The notes under the pieces were generated by a model. That model worked only from the letters and a program-made list of their open reading frames with translations, ran no database searches and was not told the DNA's origin. Below, in pieces: positions 59,704-64,000 of a DNA stretch of 64,000 bases. This stretch comes from Myxococcota bacterium (GTDB lineage Bacteria > Myxococcota_A > UBA9160 > SZUA-336), in NCBI GenBank assembly GCA_965247115.1, contig CBDFGR010000002.1, positions 1,056,001 through 1,120,000 on the forward strand, read 5' to 3'. The translations under genes were made by a program, and so were the position numbers. How positions within the stretch are numbered: the stretch's first letter is position 1; every line of letters begins with the position of its first letter.

Positions 59704-61019
59704 GCACTCCGCTCGTAGGCTTCGCCGGCATGACCCATCTGGGGCTCTGCTCCGCGGTGGCCGCCGCTGAGAGAGGCTTTCAGGTCGTCTGCTTCGACCC
59801 CGACGAGACTCGTATCGAAGAGCTAGAGGCAGGGAAGCTCCCCGTGGTCGAGCCCGATCTGGAGACGCTCCTGCAGGCAAACAGGAGGCGCGTGCGCTTT
59901 ACGGCCAAGGCGAGTGATCTCGCTGAATGCCCGTTGGTCTACGTGGCGCCCGACGTCCCGACCGATCAGACCGGAGAGAGCGACCTCAGCGCGATCGAAG
60001 GCTTGCTCTCCCTCGTGGAGAGGGAGCGCTCCGACGACTCCGTGGAAGTGATCCTGAGCCAGGTGCCTCCTGGCTTCACGCGGTGTCACCGTTCCTCGGG
60101 GGGAGAGCTCTACTACCAGGTCGAGACGCTCGTTTTCGGGCAGGCAATGCACAGAGCTCTCCATCCGGAGCGCTTCATTGTCGGCTCGCTCGACCCCGCT
60201 GGCCCCTTGCCTCAACCCTACACGTCGTTTCTCGAGGCCTTCGGCTGCCCGATTCTGATCATGCGCTACGAGAGCGCAGAGCTGTGCAAGATCGCAATCA
60301 ACGCCTGCCTGGTTGCCTCGATCAGCGCTGCGAACACTCTGGCCGAGCTCTGCGAAGGGATCGGAGCCGACTGGTCCGAGATAGCACCCGCTCTCCGTCT
60401 CGATCGCCGGATTGGGCCCCACGCCTATCTCACGCCAGGGTTGGGCATCGCTGGAGGTAATCTCGAACGCGACCTCGCCACGATCCAACGGCTCGCGGCT
60501 GAGTTCGGTAGCGACGCAGGAGTAGTACGTGCCTGGGTCGGTCGCAGCCGGCGCAGTCGGGACTGGGTCCTCCGAGTACTCCACCGAGAGGTATTGAGCC
60601 ACCAGCGCCAGCCTCGCATAGCAGTGTTGGGACTCGCCTACAAAGAGGACACCGCTTCGACGAAGAACTCGCCCGCCGTGGCCTTGATCGATCAGCTCGA
60701 GCCCTTCGAGCTCCGCGTCTATGACCCCGTTGTCCCGGCGGCCACACTCGGGCATCCGCGTGTCCAGGCAATGAAGTCAGCCCTCGACGCATGTGCCGGC
60801 GCCGACGTCGTGCTGATCATGACGCCCTGGCGAGAGTTCCGCGAGCTCGAGCCCGCGCTCATCGCGCAGAAACTCTCCGGCCACCAGATCGTCGACCCCT
60901 ACGGAGTCCTCGATAGCAACCGCTGTACAGCTGCAGGACTCGATTACTTCAGGCTGGGGTCGCCCCCAGCGCGAGCCCAGAAAGCCAGGAGAACGCATGC
61001 TCGAGCATCTGAGGACTGA
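59700..61019 (+). CDS. UDP-glucose/GDP-mannose dehydrogenase-like protein lacking the catalytic Cys
   Basis: ESAELCKIAINA, LRLDRRIG, LGLAYKEDT; GGNLERD where GGxCxxKD is expected. Confidence 0.88.
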   Translation: MSTPLVGFAGMTHLGLCSAVAAAERGFQVVCFDPDETRIEELEAGKLPVVEPDLETLLQANRRRVRFTAKASDLAECPLVYVAPDVPTDQTGESDLSAIEGLLSLVERERSDDSVEVILSQVPPGFTRCHRSSGGELYYQVETLVFGQAMHRALHPERFIVGSLDPAGPLPQPYTSFLEAFGCPILIMRYESAELCKIAINACLVASISAANTLAELCEGIGADWSEIAPALRLDRRIGPHAYLTPGLGIAGGNLERDLATIQRLAAEFGSDAGVVRAWVGRSRRSRDWVLRVLHREVLSHQRQPRIAVLGLAYKEDTASTKNSPAVALIDQLEPFELRVYDPVVPAATLGHPRVQAMKSALDACAGADVVLIMTPWREFRELEPALIAQKLSGHQIVDPYGVLDSNRCTAAGLDYFRLGSPPARAQKARRTHARASED

Positions 61020-61878
61020 GCCCGCTGTGCCAAAGCGCTGCGTGATCCTGGGAGCGGGCGGATTCGTGGGCGGAGCGATCGTCCAACGGCTGCAGAGCGC
61101 GGAGGCTCCACTGCTCGCCTTGACGCGGAAGCAGGTGGACCTGCTGGCGCCCGACGCCGCAGCCAGCCTGGCCGACCAGCTTCTTCCGGGTGACGCCCTC
61201 GTCCTGGTGTCAGCACTCGCCCCATGCAGGGACATTGAAACCCTGCTGAAGAACCTACGCATGGTCGAGGCCGTGTGTACCGTGCTCGAGAGCATCGATC
61301 TCGATCAGGTCGTCTACATCAGCTCCGACGCGGTCTACGCAGACATAGCCGATCCCATCACGGAGAGCTCCTGCCGCGACCCGGCGAGTCTGCACGGCAT
61401 GATGCACAGCGTCCGCGAGCTGATGTTGCAGACCGCGGCTCGTTCTGCACTCGCAATTCTGCGCCCCAGCATCCTCTATGGAGCAACGGATCCCCACAAC
61501 GGCTATGGCCCCAACCGCTTTCGCCGTACTGCGGCCGCAGAATCGAAGATCACGCTTTTCGGCAACGGAGAGGAGCAGAGAGACCATGTCGCTGTAGGGG
61601 ACCTCGCGGAGCTGGTGTCTCTGTGCCTGGCGCATCGGGCCCAGGGAGCCCTCAATGTCGCCACTGGCCAGTCCATCTCCTTCCTAGAAGTGGCGGAACT
61701 CGTCGCCGCGCAATTCGACAGAGACATCGAGATCATCCCTACGCCGAGGCAGAACCCCATCACCCATCGGCACTTCGACGCCACAGCGACGCTGAAGGCC
61801 TTTCCCAACTTCTTCCCCACGCCGCTCCCAGAGGGCCTCGCTCGCGTCCACCAAGAGGCAACGGCGAATGATGCATGA
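60997..61878 (+). CDS. NAD-dependent epimerase/dehydratase-like SDR
   Basis: GAGGFVG, ISSDAVY and RDHV motifs; HGMMH replaces YxxxK. Confidence 0.85.
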   Translation: MLEHLRTEPAVPKRCVILGAGGFVGGAIVQRLQSAEAPLLALTRKQVDLLAPDAAASLADQLLPGDALVLVSALAPCRDIETLLKNLRMVEAVCTVLESIDLDQVVYISSDAVYADIADPITESSCRDPASLHGMMHSVRELMLQTAARSALAILRPSILYGATDPHNGYGPNRFRRTAAAESKITLFGNGEEQRDHVAVGDLAELVSLCLAHRAQGALNVATGQSISFLEVAELVAAQFDRDIEIIPTPRQNPITHRHFDATATLKAFPNFFPTPLPEGLARVHQEATANDA

Positions 61879-62527
61879 GCTTGACCTCATGCAGAGCCTG
61901 CCCAGGACACGGCGCGACATCGGCGAACGAAGCGGTGCAAAGTCCCCAGAAGTCGTCGAGATAGCACGCCGTTTCGGCAGAGAGTACTTCGATGGGTCGC
62001 GCGACACGGGCTTTGGGGGTTACTACTACGACGGTCGGTGGATTCCGGTGGCGAAGGATATCGTCGACCACTTCGGCTTGAGCGCCGGAAGCCGCTTGCT
62101 CGACGTGGGCTGCGCAAAGGGTTTTCTGGTCAAGGACCTGATGCAGGTGTGCCCAGGCCTCGAAGCCTTCGGCTTCGATATCTCGCGCTACGCAGTGACC
62201 AGCTGCGAGCCCGAGTGTGTCGGTCGCCTCCATGTGGGGAGCTGCGACTCCGTGCCCTTTCCAGACAAGAGCTTCGACGTCGTCATTGCAAAAGACGTGA
62301 TTCACAACCTGGATCGAGAGGGGTGCCTTCGAGCAGTAAAGGAAGTAGAGCGCCTCGCGCCCGGACGCGGCTTCATACAGGTCGATTCCTACCGCACTCC
62401 TCGAGAGCGTGAGGCGTTTCTACGCTGGGTACTGACCGCTCAAACGCACTGTGATCCGGCCGGATGGCGGGCACTCTTCGAAGAGGCGGGCTATACGGGC
62501 GCCTACTGCTGGACGATCATCGAATAG
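61868..62527 (+). CDS. Class I SAM-dependent methyltransferase
   Basis: LLDVGCAKGF, DISRYA and PFPDKSFDVV motifs. Confidence 0.92.
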   Translation: MMHELDLMQSLPRTRRDIGERSGAKSPEVVEIARRFGREYFDGSRDTGFGGYYYDGRWIPVAKDIVDHFGLSAGSRLLDVGCAKGFLVKDLMQVCPGLEAFGFDISRYAVTSCEPECVGRLHVGSCDSVPFPDKSFDVVIAKDVIHNLDREGCLRAVKEVERLAPGRGFIQVDSYRTPREREAFLRWVLTAQTHCDPAGWRALFEEAGYTGAYCWTIIE

Positions 62528-62548
62528 GCCAGGCGCGCCTGAGGACTC

Positions 62549-63484
62549 ATGACTCCATCCGTCTCGATCGCGATCATCACACTTGATCGCCACGCCCAAC
62601 TCGAGCAGACACTAGATGCACTGCTCGGGATCGATCTCCAGCTCGTCTCAGAAGTCGTGGTCATCGACCAAACCGAACATCCGTTCGAAATAGAGCCTTG
62701 GCGAGCGCGCTTCCCTGTCCCGGTCCGATTTACTCACCTGCAGCAGAGAGGTCTCGGCCCAGCTCGCAACGAGGCCTTGAGGCACACCGAGGCCGAGATC
62801 GTGCTGTTCATCGACGACGACGTAGTTCCCGATCACGAACTCGCAAATGAGCACCTCCGCACCTATGCCGATCACCCGATGGCTGTCGGAGTGGCCGGAC
62901 ATGAGCGCCTGCCCACCGCCCGTGGGGTCGCGCGTCTACGCAAGTGGATCAGGCGCATCCTCATCGAGCTGCATCGACCGTACTTCCGCGCCAGCGAGCA
63001 CTATCGGCGGTTCCTTGATCCGCGGGGCTACCCGGTCGCCGTCATCACCAGGACGGGACTCTTCTTGTGCGAGTTCGCCAGTCCGGATGCCTGTCGTGTG
63101 AATACGGTGCGTGGGTGCAACATGTCGTTCCGTCGCAAGGCGTTACTCGCGATTGGCGGGTTTGATGAGGACTTCGTCGGGCCGCGGCGGGACGAGTCGG
63201 ATGTCAGTCTAAGCCTGCTAGCTCACTCGCCCGACGATGAGCTCTGGTTCAACCCGCGCGCGAAGCTCCTGCACCTGATGACTCCGACCGGCGGGTGTCG
63301 AAGTGACGGGACCCGTGAGCGGTGCGCGAAGCTACTCCGATGCGAGCTCCTCTTCGCACGCAAACACGTCACGCGCCTCGGCTACCTGCTGTGTCAGGCG
63401 CGCCTTACCGTGAGCCAGTTCGTGACCCTGGTGCGGTACCCCTCGTTGCTGAGGATTCTCCTCGAACCCGGAGTCTCAAAGTAG
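62549..63484 (+). CDS. GT2 family glycosyltransferase
   Basis: VIDQ, ARNEAL, LFIDDD and GCNMSFRR..GGFDE motifs. Confidence 0.92.
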   Translation: MTPSVSIAIITLDRHAQLEQTLDALLGIDLQLVSEVVVIDQTEHPFEIEPWRARFPVPVRFTHLQQRGLGPARNEALRHTEAEIVLFIDDDVVPDHELANEHLRTYADHPMAVGVAGHERLPTARGVARLRKWIRRILIELHRPYFRASEHYRRFLDPRGYPVAVITRTGLFLCEFASPDACRVNTVRGCNMSFRRKALLAIGGFDEDFVGPRRDESDVSLSLLAHSPDDELWFNPRAKLLHLMTPTGGCRSDGTRERCAKLLRCELLFARKHVTRLGYLLCQARLTVSQFVTLVRYPSLLRILLEPGVSK

Positions 63485-63497
63485 GAGGATCAGACCC

Positions 63498-64000
63498 TCA
63501 GCCGGACGTCCGCCAGCGGTACCGTAGATCCCAGAACGCTCTGCGGATCGGCATGGGGCCAACCCGGATCAGCAGGTTCTTCACCTCGCGCCACAGGATG
63601 CGCCAATACGGCAGGATACGAAGAGCGGGATGGTGATCAAGGACAGCTGCGCGCACTATCTGAAAGCCGAAGTTCGACAGCACACGCGAGGCATAGAAGG
63701 CGTGGGCCACGTCCGCCAGCTCGAGTGAGCGAAGGCGTGTCAAGAGCTCGTCCAGCACTTTGCGCTGCTCTCGCCAGCTCCGCGCTCCGTCCGAGTACGA
63801 CTTTGCCCGAATTCGAAAGGCGGTGAGAGGCTTCGGCACGTAGCACGCTCCGTAGCGAAACGCGATGACAAGCGTGAGGAACCAGTCGCTGTGCCAGCGG
63901 AGCTCATCGGGAAAGCAGCCAATCTCCATGAGTGTCTTGCGGTGGATCAAGGTGCCCGAGCTCCCGATGCTGTCCCCAATCCTGCGAAGGCTCTCGACCA
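63498..64000 (-). CDS. Glycosyltransferase, C-terminal part (5' end beyond the window)
   Basis: LMEIGCF...WHSDWFL...YVPKPLTAFR, a GT2-like C-terminal pattern. Confidence 0.7.
   Translation of the reverse strand, partial: VESLRRIGDSIGSSGTLIHRKTLMEIGCFPDELRWHSDWFLTLVIAFRYGACYVPKPLTAFRIRAKSYSDGARSWREQRKVLDELLTRLRSLELADVAHAFYASRVLSNFGFQIVRAAVLDHHPALRILPYWRILWREVKNLLIRVGPMPIRRAFWDLRYRWRTSG

Overview
GC-rich bacterial chromosome segment; the Dif-like chemosensory gene order suggests Myxococcota or a relative (inference). It has three zones. (1) 1-23.6 kb, core genes: the 3' part of groEL, a 71-aa archaeal-type histone-fold gene, an esterase, larC/larB, a Dif-like MCP-CheW-CheY-CheA-CheC cluster, thiL, lon, an LpoA-like lipoprotein, hemW-hrcA-grpE-dnaK-dnaJ, an M16 peptidase, a cyclophilin and tRNA-Phe. 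(2) About 23.65-44.77 kb, a mosaic island of hydrolases, oxidoreductases, truncated genes, IS relics and a large adhesin. It is punctuated by three copies of an 84-bp terminus-like repeat and ends at a tRNA-His 3' fragment. (3) 44.8-64 kb, a nucleotide-sugar/glycosyltransferase cluster. Most notable: the histone; a candidate programmed -1 frameshift in cheA (SD-like GGAGG, A7, downstream stem); a palindromic element inserted in-frame in cheW and also found upstream of the histone; the transposase-free 84-bp repeats at gene junctions; and a lincosamide-like NDP-octose gene set inside a surface-glycan locus. All family calls come from motif recognition by eye, and no database searches were run.
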